From the NCBI GenBank assembly GCA_964016885.1, contig OZ024741.1, positions 301,816,001 through 301,880,000 on the forward strand: a DNA stretch of 64,000 bases, written 5' to 3'. The notes under the pieces were generated by a model. It did no database searches and was not told the origin of the DNA. It saw only the letters and a program-made list of their open reading frames with translations. The position numbers were made by a program, and so were the translations under genes. Source of the stretch: Eledone cirrhosa. Taxonomy: Eukaryota. Within the stretch, counting starts at the first letter, position 1, and every line of letters starts with the position of its first letter. Positions 14,705 to 28,839 of the stretch are shown here, one piece after another.

Positions 14705-15520
14705 CGTCTCGTTGTAACTACATTGCTGGATTGTGAGAGTGTTTAGGAGGGCTAACAGTGTCCCCCCATTACTCCATCTAGTAGTTTGCCGTAGTTTGGT
14801 TTGGCGTTGTTTATTCGTTCGTCATTAGCCCACATGTCGCAACTAACCATCATAGCTGGTGCAGAAGGATGCAAAAGTTAAAAATTACTAACTGGGATGT
14901 TACAACCCTTACAAGTAAGGAATGAGAACTAACGAAGGATCTAAATGTCAACTGCTCCTGCTTTCCACAATAAATTATCAAGGCTCTTGTATTGTAAATT
15001 TAGATGCAGAATGGAAATTCCATTAGTTGGGAGTGGTGCTAGAAAGTCCCGGGCTATGGGAGTGTTTTGTGGAATGGGTCCCATTGCAAGAGAGAATTTG
15101 CTTCTTATAGCTTTGACAGAACGAAAGACCTCGGTGGATGGTGAAAGTTTATGCAGCAAACAGAGTTCGGATGTAGATTCTTCTTTGATGTACTCACTGC
15201 AGAGTTGGATGTAATTAAGACTGAGTCATATATCCTACAGGGAGACTTCAATGCAAATGATGGCACTGATCACCTTTTATCGAAAGGAGTGATTGGAAAG
15301 AATGGTGACCTCGTTCTCAATACTTCTATTCTAGTAATGGGATCTGTATTACGAACACTTTTTTCCAGTACAATGTTATCCATAACTATATATGGTATAA
15401 GGGTAATCCGGGACTGAGGTAAGTAATTGATTTTTTTATTGACTCTGATCTCTTAATTTTATGCTAGATGTCCATGTTAAGAGAGTGTGTGAGCTGTCAA
15501 CTTATCACCATCTAGTTATA
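14705..15520 (+). mobile_element. Decayed RTE-clade LINE 5' region (APE endonuclease)
   Basis: NWDVTTL, ILQGDFNA, GVIGKNG, DVHVKRVCELSTYHHLV motifs; 5' part similar to 29110-29290. Confidence 0.75.
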
Positions 15521-15730
15521 TAATACTTAAGACAACCAGAGTAAAGAAAACCCACACAATTGGCATATATGCATGCATACATACACACATACGTTCATAC
15601 ATACACACATACATTCATACATACATACACACACACATACATACATACATACATACATACATACATACATACATACATACATACATACATACATACATAC
15701 ATACATACATACATACATACATACATACAT

Positions 15731-16335
15731 GGTGGCTGCCAACTCGTTTTCCAGTACGGACACTACTTTATATCCATGTAGAACCCCTACTGATGCGCTG
15801 AACGAGTGTGACTTTTTAGTCCAGCCAGCCACTTGAAATCTCTGGTACAAACACTACACTTGTGACAATTATTGACACATAGTGCTGGGCCAATGGTACC
15901 CTGTGACGACAAGTGCAGAGAGATCTCCAGATATAAAGCAATGCCTGTGCCGTGAAGCTTTTATAGTGAGCAAAGGCACTGCACAAAGCCAATCCCACTC
16001 TCTTAACCAAGATGATATTTACCAAAAAGAAGAACAAGTCAACATCATTGGATACCATCAGAGTTGCAGGTGTTATATCAGTGTTTTCCTTCTCCTAGAA
16101 TTCTGCCTTGACAAAGGCTAAGGAGTCATCTCTCCCGGTGATTTTGGATGGCCATTGACTCTTAAGAGCTCCTTTGCCCTTTGACAGGTTTTGTTTTTAG
16201 TCCTGCAGGATGTCGAAAGTCACCCTCCTCACCAAGAAACCTTGGTGGGGTTGCCAGTTTAGTCGCCAACAACCCGACCATGAGACAGGTTGTACTGGGA
16301 TACATGTAACCAGTAGCACCAACTGGTGACCTGAC
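15731..16335 (-). mobile_element. Probable decayed RTE-like 5' fragment between two (CATA)n tracts
   Basis: GC-richer block bounded by (CATA)n; resemblance to RTE leaders judged by eye only. Confidence 0.3.
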
Positions 16336-16375
16336 ATACATACATACATACATACATACATACTTACATACATAC

Positions 16376-19300
16376 AATGGTGACCGCTGTGGTCAGTGTC
16401 CGATAATCGGACGTGTGTAATTACGGCTTACATGAAGACAACATACCATATATTGGAAAAGGTTGAGCTACATTACGGGGTAAGATTACATACAATAATT
16501 CTATATAAGTGTTTGAACTGTAAGTGTGTTGTAAAACACCTATTTATATGAACGATACATACACTTATGATATATGAACGATACATGCACTTTAACATAT
16601 AAATGCAACGTTGTTATATTATATTTGTAAAGAAATATGCAAGTAACGTTTTCGATTCAGAAACAAAAACATAAGTGTTTGAACTGTGAATATGTTGTAG
16701 AACACCTACTTATATGAATGATACATAAACTTTAACATATAAATACAGCGTTGTTATATTATATTACATTCTTAAAGAAATATACTAAGTAACGGGGGGG
16801 TTGGGGGGGATCTCGATTCTAACGATTCAAGAACAACGTTTAAAACACAGTTGTAAAATTAAAAACTAACTGAAAAGAAATATTACCCAAGCTGTGAATA
16901 ACTTTAAATTTGATTCTGACAGAACTTTGTCGAAATTTTTAAAGAAGATCATCGACTATTTTGAAAAATAAATACAAAATATTAGTGAATATACGAACTC
17001 ATCAGGGCAAAACGTACAAGTCTCCTTCGACCAAATAGCAACTACAACCGTTGTATACAGTGGAGCTACGAGCTTAACAAAGAAGCATACAAACAATCTG
17101 AACCCCAAAAGTTCGGTTTTATGCAAAGGCTAAAAACTTTATGGAACTCCAAACACCCAGAATTAGACTTTTCTCCAAAGCATTTAAATGAACAGGCAAA
17201 ACGTATCATTAGATGTAAATTGATACACATAACGGAATTGAGTGATACAAATACAGCCCTTGTAGACAACCACCCTCACCTCCAATGACAGACAAAGAGA
17301 ATGGCCAGATAAATCTAACAGTGAACAGCTCACCAACAATTTTGCTGAAATCCATCCCACTTCCACTGAAGAACAGCGAGAATGGTTAGCTAACTCTAGT
17401 AGTAATTGTCACCACATCAACAACGAGGCTGAAATTCATGACTCTACTGTACAAGCAGAACACCAAAAACTTGTGGACACCTTACAAGTGATATGGGACG
17501 ATATGTTTCAAGAGATACACAGCCTTAATGTAAGTGACAGACCATACAACACCAGAATCAGTAAAGAACCCACTAAATTGGAATTGGAAGCGGTGAACGA
17601 AATAGCTGACAATTATCTGAAGGCTATACGATCTAAAGGTGTAGAAATGACATTTGAAACGCTTAATATTTTGTTATATGTTTCAGCTGTCACGTTGCTA
17701 TCATATAACAAACATCTAAAACCACGCAATCAAGATACAAACAAAAATCCTGAACCAGCGTGGATGCGAAATTTAAAAAGCAAAATTTTGTCCCTGAGAC
17801 GAAGTATCTCACACATCGCAGTCGTTATGAAATGCAACATAGAGAGCAACTTCACACGACAACAGGAAGACCTAAAAAAAAAAGTTAGAGAGACGAGTTG
17901 GAGATACAAAATTTAAACTCCAAATTACACCATTTGAAACAACAACTCACAGCTACAACAGAAAGACTAAAATATAAGTCAACAGCACATAAACGACAAG
18001 TGCTAAATAGATTGTTTGCCAGAGATCCTAAATCAGTTTATCGCAGCTTCGGTGGCAAAAGCTTAATCTCTGAAATGACACCCCTTCAAAAGAACAGGTT
18101 GAGAGCTACTGGAGATCTGTATGGGAAATGGATGACGGATTCAACAGACAAACTAATTGGCTAAAAGAACTGGGACAGGACTACTGCCAACATGTCCAGA
18201 CAAAATAATATGACATAGATGGGTCAATACTGGAAATAGCTCTACAAAAAATGGCGAATAGGAAATCACCAGGCCCAGACCTCATTACAGGATACTGGCT
18301 GAAGAATTTCACTTTCTATCGGCAAGATCTCATACGGCTGTTTACAGAAACCATTAAAGGCACACAAGAACTGCCCAGGTGGTTATCAACTGCCACTACT
18401 CTCCTCATTCCCCAAAAATAGCCAAATCACCCTTGCTAAAAATTACCGCCCAATAGCCTGCCAAAACATCATATATAAATGATATACTGGGTGCCTTAAC
18501 CTGTTCTTACAGGATCACTGTGCTACCAACAACATCATAGCACCTGAGCAAGCTGGTGGAAAGAGGGAGGTGTGGGGTTGCATAGATCACCTACTAACTA
18601 ATAAAATGATCAAGAAAAAACAACAAAGAATCGCAGAAACATGACTATGGTGTGGCTGGACTATCAAAAAGCATTTGATAGTGTACCTCATGGGTGGATT
18701 GTTAAGGCTTTACAGTTAGCCAAAGTCCCACAACCACTGGTAGCTTCTGTTGAACGTCTGACCAAGAACTGGTACACCAATTTGATCCTTAGAGGTGAGA
18801 AGGAGCAAGTTATGACTGATAAGATACATTACCAGAAGGGCATCTTTCAGGGTGATAGCTTGTCAGTTCTACTCTTCGTTCTCTCACTAAATCCACTATC
18901 TTACCTACTCAGGAAACAAGGTGGACAAAGAAGTGGGTCCAGAAGTATCTCCCATCTTTTCTTTGTTGATGACCTGAAGTTGTATGAGCCAAATATCAAT
19001 GACATCAAGAAACAATTGGACCTCATTACACAATTTTCAACAGACATCAAAATGAAATTTGGTGAGTCCAAGTGTGCATAGTTGGCAGTAAAACGTGGAA
19101 GAGCTGTGCTCTCCTCTAGAAATCTAGAGATGAACGGCCTGACAATACAACCTCTACAGTCAGGTGACAACTACAGATATCTTGGACAGGATGAGAATGT
19201 CAGATATGATGGAGCCATAAATAAGGAGAGAACCAGAACTGAATACCTCAGAAGAGTAAAGAAAATATGGTCATCAGAACTGTCAGCGTACAACAAATAC

Positions 19301-20563
19301 ATTGCCCACAATACTTATGCTGTGCCAATTCTAACGCCAACATTTGGCCTGCTGAACTGGTCATTGCAAGAACTAAGTGAGATGGATGTTAGAACTCACA
19401 AACTTCTCAGTGTTACTGGGAACTTTAACATAAATGGTGATGTGGATAGGCTATACTTCTCACGCAAGGAAGGTGGCCGGGGTCTAAAATTCATATTAAC
19501 ATCATATGAGACCCGGATAGTAACACTGAAGCAACATCTTCAACAGAGGAAAAAGGTTGGCAACCATCTTGCCCAGGTTTATGAGCATGAAAAAAAAATA
19601 TCATTAGAATAGCCACTGATCTGGAGGAGAAATATGGAATAAAGCCTGATATAAATCTCTCACACAGAGAAATCGGAAGATCCTATTCAATGTTCAAACA
19701 AGATGAAAAAATTGACCAATTAACAGAAAAGGTTGTGCATGGATACTTGAGACGTAAAACACAGACCATAGCGGGGATAAACCACTCAAAAAGCCTGGCA
19801 TGGAATTCCGACAAGTTTATGACATCACACCTTGAGGGATATCTCTATGCAATACAGGAACAAGAACTCCCTACCAAATATCTGCTGCACAAAAGGGGAG
19901 GGCCATCAGCTGACAATAAATGTAGGCTATGTAAAACAAAGATCGAGGATGTAAGCCACATTGTTGCCAGCTGCGAAAGAATGTCATCTCGCTACTACCT
20001 CCCCATGAGATACGATGGGATAGCTAGAACCATCTGGAACGCACTTCGGAAAACAAAATTAACAACAAACGAGGAAGAATATATTGAGACAGATGACACT
20101 AAGGAATACTGGTGGAACCTAAAAATAAAAACTGCCACCAAATTAAAGCACAACCGGTCTGATATTGTTGTTTGGGACTACACATTGAAAACGTGTTCTG
20201 TTGTGGAGATCAGCTGCCCACTTGATGTAAACGTTGTCATGAAAATACAGGAGAAGGAGGACATCTACGGACCATTGATGAGGAGTTTACAAATCCAGTA
20301 TCCAAGATACACCTTTAGCTTCATACCCATCATTATTGGAGCTACGGGTTATATACCAACCCGCTTGGACCAAATTTTGGATTTGCGGACAAAGAGCGCA
20401 GCTCCCTAATTCATAGTATACAAATGGCTGCGATAGCTGGCACCTTCAAAATTTGAAAAACATTCTTGCGATTCAAGGAATGACAATTTCTTTTCTTTTA
20501 CACCTTGCCACCAGGAAGGTGGCCGGTCAAAAAAATATACTCGAAATTAAGAGAAAGAGTTGA
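16376..20563 (+). mobile_element. Near-full-length decayed R4/Dong-clade non-LTR retrotransposon
   Basis: Broken ORF ~17000-20480: WLDYQKAFDSVPH, GIFQGDSLS, HLFFVDDLKLY (RT); CRLC..H..C knuckle; HNRSDIV..VVEISCP (restriction-like EN). (CATA)n on both flanks; 5' boundary inferred from the microsatellite. Confidence 0.88.
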
Positions 20564-21016
20564 CATACATACATACATACATACATACATACATACATAC
20601 ATACATACATACATACATACATACATACATACATTCAAACATACATAATCTGTAAAACATTCCAAAGACTTTGCATCTAATAACTGCATATACACATGTA
20701 CAGATACAAAGCATATGCACGTGCACACATACAACTCAAAACATACACATCTACACATACAATAAAATCCATATCTGCACACACATGCATGCATGGAGAC
20801 ATGCAGACATATCTACCTAGTTGATGTTGTTTAAATTCCAATAAGAGAGCATTGTATCTATGTTAGAAACCGGCTCTCTCTATTGGTAAAAATTTGTGAA
20901 ATATACATACATAACATACAGACATATAAATGAATATATATATATATATATATATAAAATGTTTAAAAAATAATGAATAAGACAATGAAACAGTTCCTTA
21001 TATTAAACAAAAAAAG

Positions 21017-21169
21017 TTCATTATTTAACGATCGTTTCTAGGACATATATGTGTTAGAATTGGTATGCATATTCAACAGATCTATGTGCAAAATTATACA
21101 AAATTATACAAATTATCAAATATAATATACATACCAACACATACATATGCCGTCTTCAGAAATAATGAA
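21017..21169 (-). ncRNA. Hammerhead motif, inverted copy of 26758-26910
   Basis: Reverse complement of the plus-strand motif. Confidence 0.7.
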
Positions 21170-21826
21170 ATATATTTATTGATAATAACAACAATTCAAA
21201 ATTACAGGTCTGTTTGGGAACAGAGTTCAAATTGACCAATGAAATACACAAAATATATCAATAAAATACAGTTAGGTGTGTGTATATATGTAAGTAACTT
21301 CGTTCACAGATATGCATAAAAATATATGTTCACATGCATACGCATGTCGAAAAAATGTATGTAAATACAAAAAATTCAGGGCTAATGTCTCTGTATGTTT
21401 ATAATCTACAGATAAAATACACATACGCATATAAACATATATAGATTCATATATACACACATATATATACACGCACATTCACACACACACGCGCATATAC
21501 ACATAAACATACACATACCCATGAACATACACACACACACTCACACACACACACACATATATGTATATATTATTATTATAACTATATGGATATTTAGGCA
21601 CACACATAAACACTGCTACATATATTTTTACATCCAAATGCAGAAGTGGGTAAGGGGTTCAGTAATAACTAAGGATGTCAGGGAGCTGCCTATTTAAAAA
21701 TGTATCTACAAATTTAGAAATAAAAAGAAATATATCAAAAAAAAAAATATATATATATAAACAAGTAAAATATACTCATACATAAAATACATACCGATAT
21801 ACATATACATATAAATACACATACAC

Positions 21827-21889
<63 letters not shown>

Positions 21890-22049
21890 CACATACACAT
21901 ATACACGTACACATACTCATACATACATAAATATCCATACACATACATATATAAATACATAGACACACATACAAACACACATATATATAAAAATATATAC
22001 ATATATTCACAACTCACATACATATATACACATATATGTACACACACAT

Positions 22050-22090
<41 letters not shown>

Positions 22091-22405
22091 TACATACAGA
22101 CACATATATATACACACATATATACACACACACACATATATATATATATACATACACACACATATATACACATATATATATATACACACGCACACAACAC
22201 ACACACACACATACATATACGTATATATACACACACATACACATATCCATGTATGTATATACACATACAATCACACGCTCACACAACTCAGACAATTATG
22301 CACACATATATATATATACACACATACACACATCCCTACAAATATATATACACATATACGCACGCACGCATACATATATACATACACACATACTTATACA
22401 TAGAC

Positions 22406-22478
<73 letters not shown>

Positions 22479-23123
22479 CAATCATAGACACTTATTTACA
22501 TGCGCACATATGTATTTTTATACTCACATATAAACACCCAAACATACATACCTACTTACATACACATACATTCATCCACGCTTACAAATATAAATAATTA
22601 TAGGGGGGGGAGGGATTAAAATTATTAGTGGGAAAAAGTAAATATAGGTTTCAAGGAACATAGAATATTAATCTGCATTTAGATCATAATATATGTTTAC
22701 ATAGTAGTTTCAGTATTAGGAAATGTAAGAAAGAAGGCAAAATTATGCATTTTAATATAAGTAGACTATTAATTAAAGGTTAACTAAATTAAAATTAGTT
22801 AATATATTGATTTCTAAGGTGTATACTACTTAGGTTTATAATATTTGAAGCGGAATTTTGAAGTTAAATAGTAGTAGAATATTAATTATATCATAACTAA
22901 ATTAAAATATTAACATTATGGTATCAATATTAGGAAATGAATTTAGTAATAGGGAAAACCAAATCAAGTATTTCATCGGTAGTAGAATATAAATTATAGG
23001 TTAACTAAATTAAAGAATTATATATTAATTTCTATAGTATATGTTAATTAGGTTTATAATAATTAAAGCAGATTTTGTATTTTATCTATAGTAGAATATA
23101 ATTATAGGTTAACAAAAATTAAA

Positions 23124-23209
<86 letters not shown>

Positions 23210-23681
23210 TTTTAATTGTAAAGACTATATTAATTAGGTATATATTTAAAAATTGATCTCAGTTTATGATTACATGATATTCTGCAATCCATCTGTATTG
23301 GAATTTTAATTTTCAGCTAATTAAATTAAAATTATAGGTAAACTAAATTAAAATTAATTTATAAATAACTTTCTAAATTGTATATTAATTAGGTTTATAA
23401 TATTAAAAAATATCTCTCTGTTATTGATTACACGATGTTTTGTTATATTTCATCTATAAAGGAATTTTAATAAAAGGTTAAATAAACTAAAATTAATCTA
23501 TAAATTAATTTACAAAGTATATATTAATTATGTTAATAATATTTAAAAGTGTTTCACTATTTATGATTACACAATATTTTTTATCTCATCTGTATTAGAA
23601 ATTTAATTAAATTAAATTTATAGGTTATCTACATTTAAATTAAATTATATATTAATTTCTAAATTTCTAAAATATATATTA

Positions 23682-24465
23682 TTATTTAGGTTTATAATAT
23701 TTAAATGTTTTTCTCAGTTTATGATTACACGATATAATTAATTCCTGTCGCTTATTTAATAGGATATCTTTAGATTTCATTATTTCAAATAGTTCTTGGG
23801 AACATAATCTACATTCATTTCTATTATTTTGATAAGGGCTGGCTCTTTTGAGCACACTCCAGGTCATATCATATTCTATATTCTTATTTCTATAACTATT
23901 AATTTTTTCTGCTAGAGATGTTGTATTAGCCAGTGCGGCGTTTTTGAAACTATGTTTGTGGGTATTAAACCTTACCTTAAAATTGTTAGAAGTAGCTCCT
24001 ATATATGACCAAATAGAGTCTTTAGTTTTAACCTTACATTTATAAACTATGTTGTTAACAAGACAATTTCCTTTTAATGGGCAGTTTGCTTTGTTTCTAC
24101 AGTTACAACCTTTCGTTAATTCTGTATTTGAGGAGATATTATGGTTAGTTTGATGTATTGGTGGTATACTTATGGTTTTTTTACATTTATATGCATTATA
24201 GGCACTTATATTTTGTTTTATGTTTTTGGTTGTTGAGTATGAGAATTTAACTGTTGACCTATTTAAGATTTGATGTAATTTGTGGTTTGGCGGGAAGTTT
24301 TTCTCTAGGATATAAAAATATTTTTTTGCAATATTATCCTTAATTTGTAAATTAAATGGAGCATTATACCAAGTAACTCGTCTATTCCGGTTTCTATGTT
24401 GTTTATTATTTTTATAGGTTGTATCGTGATGTTTACTAGGAGGATTAATGTTAATGACATATAAC
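23682..24465 (-). pseudogene. 5'-truncated PLE ORF: RT thumb, CxCx5C linker, GIY-YIG endonuclease
   Basis: VTWYNAPF, CNCRNKANCPL, IVYKC...YIGAT..FKVRFNTH, CRLC..CNH. Confidence 0.9.
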
Positions 24466-25394
24466 AAATATAACAAAACATCGTGTAATCAATAACAGAG
24501 AGATATTTTTTAATATTATAAACCTAATTAATATACAATTTAGAAAGTTATTTATAAATTAATTTTAATTTAGTTTACCTATAATTTTAATTTAATTAGC
24601 TGAAAATTAAAATTCCAATACAGATGGATTGCAGAATATCATGTAATCATAAACTGAGATAAATTTTTAAATATATACCTAATTAATATATTCTTTACAA
24701 TTAAAAATATAAAAATATATATATATATATATATATATATTATTTTTAATTTTTGTTAACCTATAATTATATTCTACTATAGATAAAATACAAAATCTGC
24801 TTTAATTATTATAAACCTAATTAACATATACTATAGAAATTAATATATAATTCTTTAATTTAGTTAACCTATAATTTATATTCTACTACCGATGAAATAC
24901 TTGATTTGGTTTTCCCTATTACTAAATTCATTTCCTAATATTGATACCATAATGTTAATATTTTAATTTAGTTATGATATAATTAATATTCTACTACTAT
25001 TTAACTTCAAAATTCCGCTTCAAATATTATAAACCTAAGTAGTATACACCTTAGAAATCAATATATTAACTAATTTTAATTTAGTTAACCTTTAATTAAT
25101 AGTCTACTTATATTAAAATGCATAATTTTGCCTTCTTTCTTACATTTCCTAATACTGAAACTACTATGTAAACATATATTATGATCTAAATGCAGATTAA
25201 TATTCTATGTTCCTTGAAACCTATATTTACTTTTTCCCACTAATAATTTTAATCCCTTTCCCCCCCCCCCTATAATTATTTATATTTGTAAGCGTGGATG
25301 AATGTATGTGTATGTAAGTAGGTATGTATGTTTGGGTGTTTATATGTGAGTATAAAAATACATATGTGCGCATGTAAATAAGTGTCTATGATTG

Positions 25395-25441
<47 letters not shown>

Positions 25442-25804
25442 GTATGTATATATATGTATATGTATGTGTATATATATGTATGTATATATATGTCTATGTA
25501 TAAGTATGTGTGTATGTATATATGTATGCGTGCGTGCGTATATGTGTATATATATTTGTAGGGATGTGTGTATGTGTGTATATATATATATGTGTGCATA
25601 ATTGTCTGAGTTGTGTGAGCGTGTGATTGTATGTGTATATACATACATGGATATGTGTATGTGTGTGTATATATACGTATATGTATGTGTGTATGTGTGT
25701 TGTGTGCGTGTGTGTATATATATATGTGTATATATGTGTGTGTATGTATATATATATATATGTGTGTGTGTATATATGTGTGTATATATATGTGTCTGTA
25801 TGTA

Positions 25805-25853
<49 letters not shown>

Positions 25854-26013
25854 ATGTGTGTGTACATATATGTGTATATATGTATGTGAGTTGTGAATAT
25901 ATGTATATATTTTTATATATATGTGTGTTTGTATGTGTGTCTATGTATTTATATATGTATGTGTATGTATATTTATGTATGTATGAGTATGTGTACGTGT
26001 ATATGTGTATGTG

Positions 26014-26096
<83 letters not shown>

Positions 26097-26757
26097 GTGT
26101 ATGTGTATTTATATGTATATGTATATCGGTATGTATTTTATGTATGAGTATATTTTACTTGTTTATATATATATATATATTTTTTTGATATATTTCTTTT
26201 TATTTCTAAATTTGTAGATACATTTTTAAATAGGCAGCTCCCTGACATCCTTAGTTATTACTGAACCCCTTACCCACTTCTGCATTTGGATGTAAAAATA
26301 TATGTAGCAGTGTTTATGTGTGTGCCTAAATATCCATATAGTTATAATAATAATATATACATATATGTGTGTGTGTGTGTGTGTGAGTGTGTGTGTGTAT
26401 GTTCATGGGTATGTGTATGTTTATGTGTATATGCGCGTGTGTGTGTGAATGTGCGTGTATATATATGTGTGTATATATGAATCTATATATGTTTATATGC
26501 GTATGTGTATTTTATCTGTAGATTATAAACATACAGAGACATTAGCCCTGAATTTTTTGTATTTACATACATTTTTTCGACATGCGTATGCATGTGAACA
26601 TATATTTTTATGCATATCTGTGAACGAAGTTACTTACATATATACACACACCTAACTGTATTTTATTGATATATTTTGTGTATTTCATTGGTCAATTTGA
26701 ACTCTGTTCCCAAACAGACCTGTAATTTTGAATTGTTGTTATTATCAATAAATATAT

Positions 26758-26910
26758 TTCATTATTTCTGAAGACGGCATATGTATGTGTTGGTATGTAT
26801 ATTATATTTGATAATTTGTATAATTTTGTATAATTATGTACATAGATCTGTTGAATATGCATACCAATTCTAACACATATATGTCCTAGAAACGATCGTT
26901 AAATAATGAA
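26758..26910 (+). ncRNA. Type I hammerhead motif with ~114-nt stem II domain
   Basis: ttcattattt CTGAAGA c...a GAAA cgatcg TT aaataatgaa; perfect 10-bp stem I. Confidence 0.72.
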
Positions 26911-27104
26911 CTTTTTTTGTTTAATATAAGGAACTGTTTCATTGTTTTATTCATTATTTTTTTAACATTTTATCTTGACTCTGTATTCCGTTTATCTTTC
27001 ACCGAAAGTGATTTTTGAATGCATCTCTTCTTTCCATGATATCCGGATTATATTGAGTTCTTCATACGGATTGGACACTACCGTAAACTCTTGGTAGATT
27101 TATC

Positions 27105-27165
<61 letters not shown>

Positions 27166-27291
27166 TGAATATAAAAGAAAGACGAACAAAGATATATACA
27201 TATATGTGTTCAAATCGTAAGGGACCAGATTCGCTAAGGTGAAGAATAAATCAAGAAAATAAATACAAACCGGAATTGTAGTAACTACCAA

Positions 27292-27372
27292 TCACCCAGA
27301 CAGCTTTTGGTATTGCTGTTTCGCAAAATTAATTGTGAATAGGAATGCCAATTCTTGCTCATCAGTGGGTGA
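27292..27372 (-). ncRNA. Canonical type I hammerhead ribozyme
   Basis: tcaccca CTGATGA gcaaga...ttttgc GAAA cagc-aataccaaaa-gctg TC tgggtga; lies in a ~320-bp unit between (TA)n tracts. Confidence 0.88.
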
Positions 27373-27471
27373 AGAATTAGTATCCTAGACACTTCTAAGT
27401 ATATTAAGAAACTGAATAGTGTGCGTATATATATACACACATACACATACACACATAAATATATACACACA

Positions 27472-27506
<35 letters not shown>

Positions 27507-27645
27507 GAGTTTTGTTGAAGCACAATAAAGCAATGCAAATATAGGGTAAGTAGCACTCAACAGTTTATTGGACTGGAGTATATATAAGAAAAAAAATGCG
27601 CATAATAAAATACATGGAACTTTTCTAACCATCTTTTAATTTCTT

Positions 27646-27740
<95 letters not shown>

Positions 27741-27750
27741 TAGATGTGTG

Positions 27751-27863
<113 letters not shown>

Positions 27864-28839
27864 CTGAGTGAGTGAGTCTCTGTGTGTGTGAGTGTATGTG
27901 TGTTTCCTCCGCATTACATTTCTTAGTTTCATATTTATAGCAAAATGCCAATGCATTCTTTGTAATAACAGACATATCTTCATTAACTAGTTTGAAACCT
28001 ATATTATATAATATAATCAGATTTTTGCTTGGGCTGCTGCAGCTACTGCTATTGATGATAGTACGTCTATTGCTATTCTTTTCTCATTACAAGGAGTTTA
28101 TATTCTGAACTCACATATACTTCAGGACCATAGATTTATTTAAATTTCTTTTATACGTCTTGTATTCAGTAGGCTGATATAATGCAATTATCATGGCCCT
28201 TATTTGTTACGTCTACGAGTTGGCATTCGACTAGTTTTGGCTACTGAAAAGCGAACAATTTGGCAACATCTACTAGAAAACATGTATCTGAATAGTATAA
28301 AAGATTTCACGACAAATATTCTTTAATAATAGAATTCGGATTCAGTATTTTACCGTGATTTATTCCAATACCTCTTATACATTGAGTCACGAGATCCTAA
28401 TATTTTCGTTCTCCTCTCAATAAATAAACATGAAATAAACATGAAATAAACACAAATTACTTCCCATTATTCCAAAAATGTAACTCATTTTATACAATTT
28501 TGTTTGTTTGTTTCTTTTCTCTTCTCACAATTTATATACACAAAAATGTATTGGTTCAGTGTAAGAGACTCTGTATGGGCTGCGAGGGATTTCTTCAGCA
28601 TATTAAACCAATGGCTCGAAAATATGTTGAAGGATTTAGTATTGAGGCATCAGAATTTTGCTATGCTATCTGTCTTATTAATATACTATAGAACGTATAA
28701 GACTAACATTTTATTGCGTTAAATGCCAACTAGAATTCAAAACGAAATTCATATGAGCTTAAGAGAGTGTAATATGTTAAGTAATGATTTCAAGAGGATT
28801 TAATATGACAGATATAAGGATAGGAAACCTTTGTGCTTC

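Larger units (their letters stand above)
20954..27108. mobile_element. Hydra-like PLE with ~2.5-kb inverted arms (20954-23450 / 24466-26973) and tail 26974-27108
   Basis: Arms are near-identical reverse complements; the spacer holds the GIY-YIG ORF end; (TA)n flanks. Confidence 0.92.

Noticed and set aside
16200-16335. Twister-like GGAGGG and hairpins on the minus strand
   Set aside because: Could not place the conserved UAA, pseudoknot partners or P4 loop.
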